NCBI GenBank assembly: GCA_965198115.1
Contig: OZ240241.1
Location: forward strand, 4,896,001-4,960,000
Reading direction: 5' to 3'
Length of the DNA: 64,000 nt
From: Candidatus Latescibacterota bacterium
Lineage (GTDB): Bacteria > Latescibacterota > UBA2968
The position numbers and the translations under genes are program-made. The notes under the pieces were generated by a model. It was not told the origin of the DNA. It ran no database searches and worked only from the letters and a program-made list of their open reading frames with translations. How positions within the stretch are numbered: position 1 is the stretch's first letter; each line of letters opens with the position of its first letter. Positions 38,475-48,427 of this stretch are shown in pieces.

Positions 38475-39467
38475 CTACCCGGGATCCGTGTCGAGGAGAC
38501 GTTTGACGAGATCGACGGGTGTGACGCCTTCCGCCTCGGCGTTGAAGTTGGTGACGATGCGGTGACGGAGGACCGAGATGGCGATCTGTCTGACGTCGTC
38601 GAGCGAGGGGGTATAGCGGCCCTCGAGGAGGGCGCGCGCCTTCGCGCCGAGGATCAAGCATTGGGACGCGCGTGGCCCTGCGCCCCAGCTGACGAGGCCG
38701 GCGATGTCGTCGGGCGCGTGATCGGGGCGTGTTCGGCGTACGAGCGATACGGCGTAGTCGATGACCTGATCGGCCGCCGGGACGCGACGGACCAGGTGTT
38801 GGAGTTCGACAATACCTCCGGCGTCGAGGACGGGTCGAATGTCGGTCTGTTCGTCGCCCGTCGTCGTTCTGACGATGTCCCTTTCCTCCTGCTCGCTCGG
38901 GTAGTCGATCCAGAGGTTGAACATGAACCGATCCAGCTGTGCTTCGGGGAGCGGGTAGGTCCCTTCCTGCTCGATCGGGTTCTGCGTGGCGAGGACGAAG
39001 AAGGGTTCGCCCAGCCGCAGCGTCTCACCGCCGGCCGTGACTTCGTGCTCCTGCATCGCCTGTAGCAGGGCGGCCTGCGTTTTGGGCGGCGTACGGTTGA
39101 TCTCGTCGGCGAGGACGACGTTGGCGAAGACAGGCCCGCGAACGAACCGAAACTGTTTGTGCCCGGTCGTCTGGTCTTCTTCGAGCACGTCGGTGCCGGT
39201 GATGTCGGATGGCATCAGGTCGGGTGTGAATTGGATCCGGTTGAAGGTGAGGTCGAGGGCCCTCGCGAGGGTGCTGACGAGGAGGGTCTTGGCGAGACCC
39301 GGAACCCCCACGAGCAAGGCGTGACCGGAGCACAGCATCGCGATGAGCATCTGATCGACGATGTCTCGCTGGCCGATGATGACGCGGCCCACCTGTCCGG
39401 TCAGATCGGTGTAGGCCTGTTTCAGTTTCTCGACTGCTTCAAGGTCTTTTCCATCGTTCTCTGGCAT
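38475..39467 (-). CDS. moxR: MoxR-family AAA+ ATPase
   Basis: GVPGLAKT, RIQFTPDLMPSD, LADEINRTPPKTQ, TQNPIEQEGTYPLPEAQLDRF. Confidence 0.95.
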   Translation of the reverse strand: MPENDGKDLEAVEKLKQAYTDLTGQVGRVIIGQRDIVDQMLIAMLCSGHALLVGVPGLAKTLLVSTLARALDLTFNRIQFTPDLMPSDITGTDVLEEDQTTGHKQFRFVRGPVFANVVLADEINRTPPKTQAALLQAMQEHEVTAGGETLRLGEPFFVLATQNPIEQEGTYPLPEAQLDRFMFNLWIDYPSEQEERDIVRTTTGDEQTDIRPVLDAGGIVELQHLVRRVPAADQVIDYAVSLVRRTRPDHAPDDIAGLVSWGAGPRASQCLILGAKARALLEGRYTPSLDDVRQIAISVLRHRIVTNFNAEAEGVTPVDLVKRLLDTDPG

Positions 39468-39486
39468 GGGGTCCTCGTGATGCGTC

Positions 39487-40746
39487 TTACGTCTTCCGTT
39501 TCTGCTTCTTGGCAGCCGGGAACAGGATGTTGTTCAGGATCAGACGGTAGCCCGGCGAGTTCCGATTGAGCGACAGCTGCGTCGGAGGGTCTCCGACGAG
39601 ATGCTGGTAGTCCTCGGGGTCGTGTCCGGCGTAGAAGGTGAAAGTGCCGTTGCCGATGTTTCCGTGAATATACTTCACCTTGGCCGTTCCGGTGATCTCG
39701 CCCAGTATCGTGATGGACGGTTTGATGAGCGACCGGCGGAAGGCCGTGGTCTGACCGAGGAACCCTCGAACCACGGGGATGTGACACTGGGTGAGCATGG
39801 TCGGAACAGGATCGTATTTGGCGGAGAATTCGAAGAGCGTGAACGCATCGGCTTCCGCCCCCCTGGGCCGACCCTCCTCGGTGGGTGAGATGTCGATGTC
39901 GGAGTATTCGTACTCCATCGGGTCGCTCACGAGGGTGAAGTCCTGAAAAGCGAAGGTCGTCTCAAAATTCAGCTGGTCGGGGGCGGTCGGCTCGACGGGA
40001 TCGCCGTCGTAGATGGTGTCGACGATGTCGAGGTTCCACGCCGCGCGGGAAATGTCGAAAGTATCGGTGGCAGAGCACATGGCGAACAGAAAGCCACCAT
40101 CGCTGACGTAGCCGGCGATGGCCTCGGTGACCGCGCTTTTCTGTGTCGAAACTTTTGAAAAGCCGAGCCGACGGGCCATCTCTTCGAAGGCGCGCTGTTG
40201 CTGCCGATACCATTGCTGGCGTCCGTGGCTTCGGTAGAACTTGCCGTATTGGCCGGTGAAATCTTCGTGATGTAGATGGAGCCAGTCGTAGGCCTCGAGC
40301 CCGCCCCTCAACACTTCCTCGTCCCAGAGCGTATCGTATCGGATTTCGGCGTAGGAGAGCGCCAGAGTGACGGCATCGTCCCAGGGCTGCTTGTTCGGGG
40401 GTGTGTAGACAGCTATGCGGGGCGCCTTTTCCAAACGGACGCGGTCCATGTTTTCGTTCTCGATCGTCCCGTAGATTCGGGCCACCTGGCCGGCGGACAA
40501 GATGTGAAAGGAGACGTCGCGCAACCGGGATTCGCGCACGAGCGCTTCCGACGCATCGGTGAGGAAAGAGCCTCCCCGGAAGTTGAGCAGCCATTCGACG
40601 ACGATGCCCTGTTCGAGCGCCCAGAACGCCACACCATAGGCCTTGAGGTGGTCGGTCTGGTCGAGGTCCATGGGGATCAGCAGCTTCTGTGCAGGAGCCG
40701 GTGAGGCGAGTACGATGATCGAGAGCGCGGTCCACAGACGTTTCAT
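39487..40746 (-). CDS. Exported conserved protein with a class-I GATase-like Cys elbow (homologues often labelled 'asparagine synthetase B')
   Basis: Signal peptide, LIPMD...HLKAYG, QPWDDAV, WLHLHHEDFTGQYGKF, GGFLFAMCSA, GHDPEDY. Confidence 0.8.
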   Translation of the reverse strand: MKRLWTALSIIVLASPAPAQKLLIPMDLDQTDHLKAYGVAFWALEQGIVVEWLLNFRGGSFLTDASEALVRESRLRDVSFHILSAGQVARIYGTIENENMDRVRLEKAPRIAVYTPPNKQPWDDAVTLALSYAEIRYDTLWDEEVLRGGLEAYDWLHLHHEDFTGQYGKFYRSHGRQQWYRQQQRAFEEMARRLGFSKVSTQKSAVTEAIAGYVSDGGFLFAMCSATDTFDISRAAWNLDIVDTIYDGDPVEPTAPDQLNFETTFAFQDFTLVSDPMEYEYSDIDISPTEEGRPRGAEADAFTLFEFSAKYDPVPTMLTQCHIPVVRGFLGQTTAFRRSLIKPSITILGEITGTAKVKYIHGNIGNGTFTFYAGHDPEDYQHLVGDPPTQLSLNRNSPGYRLILNNILFPAAKKQKRKT

Positions 40747-42539
40747 CCCGGCTGGCCCTCGGGTGGCGTGGGATGGCGAAGGCTCTTGAGTCGGGCGCGT
40801 GCCTCGTCGGCTTCGATGCTCTGACCGTAGAGGACGAGCACGCGCTCGTAGGCCGCGACCGCCTCTTCGGTGTGTCCGGGCCAGGTGCGATACACGTCGC
40901 CCACGGTGAGGAGGGCCCAGGGTCCGAAGGGGCTCCAGGGGAAGTCTTCGGCGAGCTGCTCGCACGCCCTGACGACGGCATCGGACCGTTGGAGACGCTG
41001 GAGGAGGCCGATCTGTCGCTTGACGTTGTGATCGCCCAGCGGGCCCCCAGCCGTGGTAACCTTCTGGAGGATCGACAGAGCCTCGCGAAGCTGGCCTGAC
41101 CGCTCTGCTCGGAGGCCTTCGGCCAGGGCACGAAGCCCGATCGAGTCCCGCGAGGAGCCGACGTGTAGGACGTGGGCCAGTGCGATGGCGTCGTTGACGG
41201 CCCCGAAGGATTTGGTTCCCCCGGTCACCATACGGAGGCGTTCGCCCGCCTTGGCGAAGCGAAGGCGCATGAAGTCGATTTCTGCGCGCTTGAAGGCAGC
41301 CGTCGCCGACCCTTCCTTGCCTCGTTCTTCCGACGCCACCGTGGAGAGGACCCGTTCCGCCTGAGGGTAGCGTCCTGCGGCGACGTGCAGGTCGGCCAGG
41401 TCGAACAGAGCGAGGGGGCGCCACTTTCCGTGCCGGGCGGGGAGGAGCATTCGTTCGAGCACGTTCCTAGCCGAATCGACGTTGCCGTGTCGGGTCAGCA
41501 GATGAGACAGGCGATAGGCGGCTTCATCGCTGAACCGCGTGCGACGACGCGCTTCGGAGACGGATCGGTAGAGCGCCGACGCTTCATCGTCGAGGTCGAG
41601 ACCCTCGAGCGCCCGGGCGCGTCCGAGCCGGGCCTGAGTCCGAATGCCATCGTTCGTCGTTCTCTCTTCGAGGGAATCGAAGGCTGCAGCAGCGATGTCG
41701 TAGACACGCGTTTCGAGGCTGTGGCGGCCGAGGGCGAGGAGGCTGCCGGCGACCGGCGCCCCTTCGGGGAGCGACGTCAGGAGGTCGATCGCATCCTTCG
41801 CGAGGCCGGCAGCCTGCGCGAAGGCCACGTAGAGTCGGATGCGGTGCGCGTCGGGATCTCTTCGAATGCGGTCCGTCAGGAAGAAGGCGATCCGACCGGG
41901 GTCGTCCGCCTCGGTCGCGATGTCACGGAGTTGCAATTCGACGAGGGGGATGTATTGGGGTTTTGCGGCAGCGAATCGGACATATTCGGTGACGGAGGTG
42001 AGATGGTCGCCTTGAGCGAGCGCAACCTCGGCGATTTCTCGTTGAAACAAGGTGCTGTCCTCGAGTGCGACACGCGCTGCGCGGTAGGCCCGTTCGGCGA
42101 GGTCGTCGAGGCCCTGCTTTCGGTAGGTCTCTGCGACGGTGACGAACAGGCCGGGGCTTCGCGCAGTGCTCAAGGCTTCGTCGATGGCGAGAAGGGCTTC
42201 GCTCTTTCGACCGAGGGAGATGAGGATATCGGCACGATGGATTCGGGCGCGCGCGTCGGTGGGCGCTCGAGCGAGCCGGTCGTCGAGTGCGGCGAGGGCA
42301 TCGTCGTGGCGACCCATCTTTTTATAACTGGCCGCCAGTCGGTAGCTCAGATCGGCGCGCCCCGGATGCAGCTCGAGAAGGGCTCGATACAGGGCGGCCG
42401 CGGCATCGTGATTCCCCGCGCGCTCGTGCTCGAGGGCCTGACGCATTCGGATGCGGAGTTCTTCGAGGTTTTGAGCACCGACGGTGTTCACGAAGAAGGG
42501 CGAGAGGGTCAGGATGAGCGAGAAGAAGTAGCGCGTCAC
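40743..42539 (-). CDS. Exported TPR-repeat protein
   Basis: Signal peptide and many helical TPR-like repeats. Confidence 0.8.
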   Translation of the reverse strand: MTRYFFSLILTLSPFFVNTVGAQNLEELRIRMRQALEHERAGNHDAAAALYRALLELHPGRADLSYRLAASYKKMGRHDDALAALDDRLARAPTDARARIHRADILISLGRKSEALLAIDEALSTARSPGLFVTVAETYRKQGLDDLAERAYRAARVALEDSTLFQREIAEVALAQGDHLTSVTEYVRFAAAKPQYIPLVELQLRDIATEADDPGRIAFFLTDRIRRDPDAHRIRLYVAFAQAAGLAKDAIDLLTSLPEGAPVAGSLLALGRHSLETRVYDIAAAAFDSLEERTTNDGIRTQARLGRARALEGLDLDDEASALYRSVSEARRRTRFSDEAAYRLSHLLTRHGNVDSARNVLERMLLPARHGKWRPLALFDLADLHVAAGRYPQAERVLSTVASEERGKEGSATAAFKRAEIDFMRLRFAKAGERLRMVTGGTKSFGAVNDAIALAHVLHVGSSRDSIGLRALAEGLRAERSGQLREALSILQKVTTAGGPLGDHNVKRQIGLLQRLQRSDAVVRACEQLAEDFPWSPFGPWALLTVGDVYRTWPGHTEEAVAAYERVLVLYGQSIEADEARARLKSLRHPTPPEGQPG

Positions 42540-45500
42540 TTTTCCGCCCCTTTTTCGCGCTGGGCCTCGTCGATGAGCCGTCCGAAGTAACGCCGGATGA
42601 GGGGCTGGTAGCCGTCGGGGTAGCCCTCACTGAGGGCATCACGCAGCCTGGTACGCAAGGGGTTCACCCCTTCACCCAAATGTTCGGGTAACGCGTTCGG
42701 CCCGCGATAGACGAAGACGCCGCCGCCGCGTGCTTCTCGGGCACGGCTGAACCCACGCTGTCGCGCGGAGCGCTGAGCGTCGAGGAGGCGGGAGAGGATG
42801 CGGCGCTGGCGCTCCAGCGTGTGCCGTGTCAGGTCCCCTCGTTCCAGGTCTTTCGCCACATCCTCCATTTCTCCCGAGACCGTGCCCAGGTCTCCGAGCA
42901 CACGCCCTTCCTGTGTCCCCAGACGTTTTCGGATCGCGTCGAGCATCTGCTGAATGGCTTGCTGTTCGGCCGCCATTCGACCCAGATCACCGGGGCTGGC
43001 TCCACCCGGACGTTTCTGAGCGCCGAACAAGCCCTGGGTCTGGGCGTTCAGACGGGTCTGCTGATTCGAGGCCTGCTGGAGTTGTTGGAGCATTTCTTGA
43101 AATCCGGTTGCCGAGCTTGCGTCCTGCAGGGCCTGCAAAGCACTCTGAATACCGAGCGCGGATGCGTTGAGATCGCCCATCGCCTCGGTCGCGCTCTTGG
43201 AGGCCCGTGACCCCGATCCCCGTTGGAGGTGACTGACCGCTTCTTCCATTTGTTGAAGGGCGTTCCCGAGCCCGGCCGCGGCCGATCGGGGAATGATGAA
43301 GGTTTTGTGCGATGCCTCGAGCATTCTGCCGGCCAGTCGGGCGGCCGATGCAAGATCTCGAGCCTGCTTCTCCGCGAGCGCGCGTTGCCCCGTCTTCGCG
43401 GCCGCTGCTGCAGCCGTCTGTTCCTGCCTCCTGGACAGGTGGAGAAGGTTCTGAAGCAGACCTGCGAGCTCGCGGGAGACGTCGGCCTTCTGCCGCTCGA
43501 GTCTGGATTCGCGGATCGCGGCCATCCTTTCGGCCAGCGTGGCCAGGTCGTCTCTGAGCGATTCCGTGGCTCGCCGTGCGCGCGTGACGCGTTGTGCGCG
43601 CAGGTCGCGAGCGGCCTGACCGGCACGGGGCACGACGGCGTGCTGGTCGAAGCGCTCGGCCAGTTCGGCCAGGGCCTCCGTCGTCGACTCGTCGAGCTGG
43701 TCGAGGGAGGCATCGAGTCCCTCCCTGAAGGCATCGGCCTCTCGCTCGACGGCCGTCTGTGGCTCGGCCAGAGGGGCTGTCTCCGGCGTGGCCGCGGCCT
43801 CCTCCGCAATCTGGCGCTGATGTTCGGCCAGGTCCTCGATCTGTCGGGTCAGAGCGTCGACGAACTGGTCGTTCTGGACTTCGCGCAAGAGGGCAATGGC
43901 CCGATCGAGGCCTTTTCGAAAATCTTCCTGCTGCTCGATCAACCGCGCCATGGCCTGGTCGATCTGTTCGCTGTCGGTCTCCTGTGTTGCCTCCTGGAGT
44001 TCGCGGATGGCGGATCGAAGCTCGGGTGTGTCGAGTCCTGCCATCAGCTCACGCACCTCCATCAGCTTCTGGATCGTCTCGTCGGACAGCAGTCCACTCT
44101 GTTCCAGGCGCTGTTGAGTTTCCTCGATGCGCGCCATCGACTCTTCCATGCTCCGCTGGATGTCCTCCTGGCGTTCGAGGATTTCTTCGGTTTCGGCGCG
44201 TGTTTCCCACGTGGGGGACTCGTTTTTGAGCCATTCACGTCGAAGCTCCTGCGTCTGCTGTCGCATCCGATAAGATGCGTTGCGTGCGGCCTCGAGCCGG
44301 GCCAAGTCCTCGTCGTGCCGCCGCCGTGCGTCCCGTTGAATCTCGAACAGGGACGGGAAGCGCAGGGTGTAGATGCGGGAGTCCCCATACTTGGGTCCGG
44401 TGATGACATCGTTGTCGTAGATGCGCAGGTGATATGTAAGGTGATCGCCTGGCAGCAGATCGGCCGACGAGAGGTCCCAGGTGGCGTCCTGTGTGAGTTG
44501 GCGGGCCCCAGCCGAGTCGAGAACGACCGGGAGCGTGTGGGTGTCCTTCGTGTCGTTCAGGCGAAAGCGTACTTCTGCAAGATCCAGACCGTAGTCGTCG
44601 ATGGCCTCGAACAGGAGGAGAACGCGCATGGCATCGCCGAGCTCGCCGTCGGATCCGGGTCTCAGGACGGCCACTTCGGGAGGCTCGTCGGCGACGGCGA
44701 GGATGCGTCGGCTTACTGGATCGGCGTTGTCGATGTTGGCGGTGTCGGTCAGACCGATCGTGAAACGTCCGTCGGACGTGACCGGGAAGTCGAATACGAC
44801 GCGTGTGTCCGCGGCCGACCCTTCCACGGGATCCCCGTTTTCGAGGTTGAGCCACCCCCGGCTGAGGGGTCGGGTCGACTCGGCCGTGAGGGTCACGCGG
44901 GTTCCCGTGGGTGCGATGATGTCGCCCCCGTCTTCGTCGACGCGGGGGGGAAGCCGCGTGTGTGGGGGGTAAAGGTAGTCGACGCGCGTGTGGGTGACGA
45001 CGGGTCGTGGATGCACGGTCACGCGGTAGGTCGGAGATGTCGCGTCGTAGGCGGACCAACGGTAGTCGAGCGACTGACGGAGGTCGAGGGTTTTCGTGAC
45101 GACCCCGTGTTTGACCGGAAGCCGGTGTGCGACCCAGTCCCGGGCGGTCGCTTCGCGGATGTCGAGACGGGCCACCGTCGGAACGAGCCCCTCGATTCGA
45201 ACCCCGAGGCTTATTTCATCACCCGAAACCCTTTCGGCATGACCGGGTTCGATGCTCAGGTGCGTGAGGGCGGGTCGAGCATAGGCGGTCGCGGGAGACA
45301 GAAGACGGTGCGCGGCATCTCTCATTCGCGAACCGAAGGGAAAGGCGACGACGGCACACAGAACCGCGGAGATGATGCATCCGCGCCAGGCCGACAGTAG
45401 GGGTCCGGGATGGACGGCCGCGTTCAGGTCGAGGGTCCGGGCCCTGGCGACGCCTGCCTGGACGGCGGCAGCGGCGAGCGTCCGGGAGGTCGCCTGTTCA

Positions 45501-45838
45501 GGTGCGTCGCCCAGCTGAACGGCGTTGGAGAGTCCCTGTTGCAGTCCACCATAGTGCGCTTCGACGTGTCGGGCGATCGACCAGGTCGATTGTGGGCGCA
45601 GAAGGGGGCCGGCCACGAGCCATCCGAATCCGACGGCCAGAGCGAGCAGCAGAAGTCCCGTTGCCGCGAGTTTGACCGTCGGAGCCAGGTAGAGGACAGA
45701 TTCGAGCAGGGCGAGCGCGCACAATGTGGGCAAGAGTGCTGCGAGGAGGAGGCCAACACCACGCAGAGCGCGGAATGCCGTCTCTCTTCGGCTCAGCCGT
45801 TGGAGCCGATCGGTCAGGTCCCCGTAGTCGCTGGACAC
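42536..45838 (-). CDS. DUF4175-like membrane protein (TM + Ig-like + long coiled coil)
   Basis: N-terminal TMs, YLYPPHT.LP, DEPPEV, DDYGL, DNDVITGPK, long Q/E coiled coil, RILSRLLDA, Y...IRRYF end. Confidence 0.8.
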   Translation of the reverse strand: MSSDYGDLTDRLQRLSRRETAFRALRGVGLLLAALLPTLCALALLESVLYLAPTVKLAATGLLLLALAVGFGWLVAGPLLRPQSTWSIARHVEAHYGGLQQGLSNAVQLGDAPEQATSRTLAAAAVQAGVARARTLDLNAAVHPGPLLSAWRGCIISAVLCAVVAFPFGSRMRDAAHRLLSPATAYARPALTHLSIEPGHAERVSGDEISLGVRIEGLVPTVARLDIREATARDWVAHRLPVKHGVVTKTLDLRQSLDYRWSAYDATSPTYRVTVHPRPVVTHTRVDYLYPPHTRLPPRVDEDGGDIIAPTGTRVTLTAESTRPLSRGWLNLENGDPVEGSAADTRVVFDFPVTSDGRFTIGLTDTANIDNADPVSRRILAVADEPPEVAVLRPGSDGELGDAMRVLLLFEAIDDYGLDLAEVRFRLNDTKDTHTLPVVLDSAGARQLTQDATWDLSSADLLPGDHLTYHLRIYDNDVITGPKYGDSRIYTLRFPSLFEIQRDARRRHDEDLARLEAARNASYRMRQQTQELRREWLKNESPTWETRAETEEILERQEDIQRSMEESMARIEETQQRLEQSGLLSDETIQKLMEVRELMAGLDTPELRSAIRELQEATQETDSEQIDQAMARLIEQQEDFRKGLDRAIALLREVQNDQFVDALTRQIEDLAEHQRQIAEEAAATPETAPLAEPQTAVEREADAFREGLDASLDQLDESTTEALAELAERFDQHAVVPRAGQAARDLRAQRVTRARRATESLRDDLATLAERMAAIRESRLERQKADVSRELAGLLQNLLHLSRRQEQTAAAAAAKTGQRALAEKQARDLASAARLAGRMLEASHKTFIIPRSAAAGLGNALQQMEEAVSHLQRGSGSRASKSATEAMGDLNASALGIQSALQALQDASSATGFQEMLQQLQQASNQQTRLNAQTQGLFGAQKRPGGASPGDLGRMAAEQQAIQQMLDAIRKRLGTQEGRVLGDLGTVSGEMEDVAKDLERGDLTRHTLERQRRILSRLLDAQRSARQRGFSRAREARGGGVFVYRGPNALPEHLGEGVNPLRTRLRDALSEGYPDGYQPLIRRYFGRLIDEAQREKGAEK

Positions 45839-45848
45839 CGTCGTGCGA

Positions 45849-46502
45849 TCAGTGTGTGAGAGCCCAGACAAGGATGTTCGTTCCCATTTTCAACGCGGAT
45901 TCGCGTTTTTCGGGTGTGTCGTCGTGAACGTCGGCGTCGTCCCACCCGTCACCGATGTCACTCTCGAAGGCGTAGAAGACGACGAGCCGGCCGCCGTGAA
46001 AGATGCCGAAAGCCTGCGGACGGGCGTTGTCGTGCTCGTGGATTTTGGGGAGACCCTCCGGAAACGAGTAGGGCGTGTGAAAGATGCCGAAATCGGGTGG
46101 CAGTTCGACCATGTCTTTGTCGGGAAACACACGCGCCATTTCCCGTCGAAAGGCTTTGTCCAGGCCATAGTCGTCGTTTGCCAGCAGGAAGCCGCCGTTC
46201 TCCAGGTAGGTTCGGAGCCGTCTTACTTCCTCTTCGCTTAGCCGAATGTTGCCGTGGCCCGTGAGGTAGGCGATGGGATAGGCGAAGAGGGCGTCGTCTC
46301 CGATATCGACGCGTGCCTCGACGCCGGCCGTGCGCAGGGTCGTGTGCGCTTCCGCGTAGGCCAGCAGGTTGGGGATCTCGGTCGGGCCGTTGTACCAGTC
46401 TCCACCGCCCGAATATCGAATTCGGGCGATGACGAGCTTGTCGGTGTCGGGGGACGCGTGTAGCGGACCCAACACGAGTGCCAGAAGCAGGAGGAACCCC
46501 AT
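45849..46502 (-). CDS. DUF4159 protein
   Basis: YSGGGDWY, YLTGHGN, LRTYLENGGFL..DDYG, GLPKIHEHD, DIGDGW. Confidence 0.88.
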   Translation of the reverse strand: MGFLLLLALVLGPLHASPDTDKLVIARIRYSGGGDWYNGPTEIPNLLAYAEAHTTLRTAGVEARVDIGDDALFAYPIAYLTGHGNIRLSEEEVRRLRTYLENGGFLLANDDYGLDKAFRREMARVFPDKDMVELPPDFGIFHTPYSFPEGLPKIHEHDNARPQAFGIFHGGRLVVFYAFESDIGDGWDDADVHDDTPEKRESALKMGTNILVWALTH

Positions 46503-46511
46503 GAGCAGTGT

Positions 46512-46940
46512 CTATCGGAGTCGGCCGAGAAGGTAGCTGAAGACAAGGGCAGGGAGCGCCCTCTGTTTGAGACGTTCGGCAGGAAGGAGGAGTTCCGGTT
46601 CGGCCGGGGGGTCGAAGCTTTTGGCTTCGACCGGTTCTTCGATCCCGATGAGCGGGTCGGCGAAGTCGAACGTGCAGTCGAAGTCGACGTCGGACAGGCA
46701 CCCTTCGTCGATCGGGAACGCCGCGCACTGACCGGGTCGGTCGTCGTAGATGCTGCAGATGGCAGCTCCGTCTTTTTCTCGAACCAGGAAGGGGCACTTG
46801 AAAAGAATCTCACAACAGTTGCCGCACTGGTTGCACTCGCCCTGTCGCCGACCCACCTGCTGGTGGACGTAGCCCGGACGGAAGCGCACGAGCACGTAGC
46901 GTCTGATTTTACCTCTGACCTGTCGAAGTTTCTTTTTCAC
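46512..46940 (-). CDS. YkgJ/CxxCxxCC cysteine-cluster protein
   Basis: GECNQCGNCC...CPFL...CSIYDDRPGQC..FP. Confidence 0.8.
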   Translation of the reverse strand: MKKKLRQVRGKIRRYVLVRFRPGYVHQQVGRRQGECNQCGNCCEILFKCPFLVREKDGAAICSIYDDRPGQCAAFPIDEGCLSDVDFDCTFDFADPLIGIEEPVEAKSFDPPAEPELLLPAERLKQRALPALVFSYLLGRLR

Positions 46941-48427
46941 GATGGTCCGAGCTCGTTCTGTTTGTTGGTGGACGCCCGCCCGAGCGAGCGCAGGTCCCAC
47001 CATTCGCCCGGCCGCAGAAAGTTCCAGCCCCAGAGGATCAACGGGTAGGCCAGGAGCGCGATTGCCCGAGCGGCGGCTCCGGCGGCTGTCGTGTCCTCCG
47101 ACCATCGGCCGAGCGCTATGGTGACGACGACCGTGGTGAGCACGACCTTGGCGATCCGGCCGTACTCGTAGGGAACCGGGTAAAAAGCACGCGTACGGGC
47201 GTGGAGGAGGAGGACCATCAATCCGTTGGCCGCCACACTGCTCCACGCGGCTGCAATATAACCGATTCGCGGGATCATCAGAAGATTGATACTCACGTTG
47301 ACGATGGCGCCGGCGATGACGATTCCTGGCAGCATCCGGGCTCGGCCCTCGGCATAGACCCCCGCGGTGAGGATGACGTAGACCCCGTAGAGCAGGTGGC
47401 CGAGGGTGACCACGGGAATGACAACGTGACCGGAAAGGTAGTCGGCGGCTCGGTCACCACCGACGAGCGTGATCAGGTCGCGGCTGAATCCCGTCACGAA
47501 CAGGAGCATCAGGCTGGCGGCGGTGACGAAGTAGGTGGTGACGCGCGCGCAGACGACGCGTGCCTCTTCGGGGTTGTCGACGGCCAGGACGCCCGGAGCC
47601 CACGCCGATCTGAATGCTCGGACGATGAGGAGGGCCGGAATGCTGAATTTGTAGGTAACGCCATAGACCCCGAGGGCGGCCAGACCCAGCAAGTGCTCGA
47701 TCAGAAATCGGTCCGAGAGACTGATGACCAGAATGGCGAGGGCCGATGGCACGAACGGCACACCGAACCCGAGAAGCTCTCTGAGCAGGCGAGGGTCGAA
47801 CACGGGTCGGATGACACCGAACCCTACCGGCACCATCGCGAGAAGGGCAAAGGTGGAACTGATGACGTTGGCGGTGAAAACCCCTCGCACGCCCGAGTCC
47901 CGCACGAGGATGAGGTAGACGATCAGGAGGATCTGCAGCGTGTGCTGACACAACCGGGTGAGGGCGAATCGCGTGCTCTGCTGGCGGGCACGACACAGAC
48001 TGAACAGAGGTTCGCTGAGGGTGTCGAGAAAGACGACGATGGCCAGGGCTCGGACGATGTCGGCGTTCGAACCCGAGCCCAGGACGCCGGCCGCGATCGG
48101 AAACGCGTAGATCCACGTCAGCCCCGATACCGTGGTTCCGAGGACGAAAAGGGTGACGAAAGCCGTGCTGAAGCGGCGAACGACCTGTGATTCGTGTTCG
48201 CGATCTCCAGACAGGAAACGGATGAGCGCCTGATTCAGGCCGAGCGAATAGAATACGGCGCAGAAGCCGACGAAGGCGAAGCTGAGGGTGATGATGCCGT
48301 TGTCTTCGGGTGTCAGCCTGCGAACGTAGAGCGGCAGGAGAATGATGGCCACGGCGCGACCGAGGAAGTCGCCGACGCTGTAGACCGCCGTGTGCCGGGC
48401 GAGGGATCGGATCGGGGCAAAGTTCAC
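46937..48427 (-). CDS. Oligosaccharide flippase (Wzx/MOP family)
   Basis: LLPLYVRRL.PEDNG, many TMs, SDRFLI, GVYG. Confidence 0.85.
   Translation of the reverse strand: MNFAPIRSLARHTAVYSVGDFLGRAVAIILLPLYVRRLTPEDNGIITLSFAFVGFCAVFYSLGLNQALIRFLSGDREHESQVVRRFSTAFVTLFVLGTTVSGLTWIYAFPIAAGVLGSGSNADIVRALAIVVFLDTLSEPLFSLCRARQQSTRFALTRLCQHTLQILLIVYLILVRDSGVRGVFTANVISSTFALLAMVPVGFGVIRPVFDPRLLRELLGFGVPFVPSALAILVISLSDRFLIEHLLGLAALGVYGVTYKFSIPALLIVRAFRSAWAPGVLAVDNPEEARVVCARVTTYFVTAASLMLLFVTGFSRDLITLVGGDRAADYLSGHVVIPVVTLGHLLYGVYVILTAGVYAEGRARMLPGIVIAGAIVNVSINLLMIPRIGYIAAAWSSVAANGLMVLLLHARTRAFYPVPYEYGRIAKVVLTTVVVTIALGRWSEDTTAAGAAARAIALLAYPLILWGWNFLRPGEWWDLRSLGRASTNKQNELGPS

Noticed and set aside
39487-40746. 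Calling this gene asnB
   Set aside because: It has a signal peptide and lacks the N-terminal Cys and PP-loop of asparagine synthetase B.
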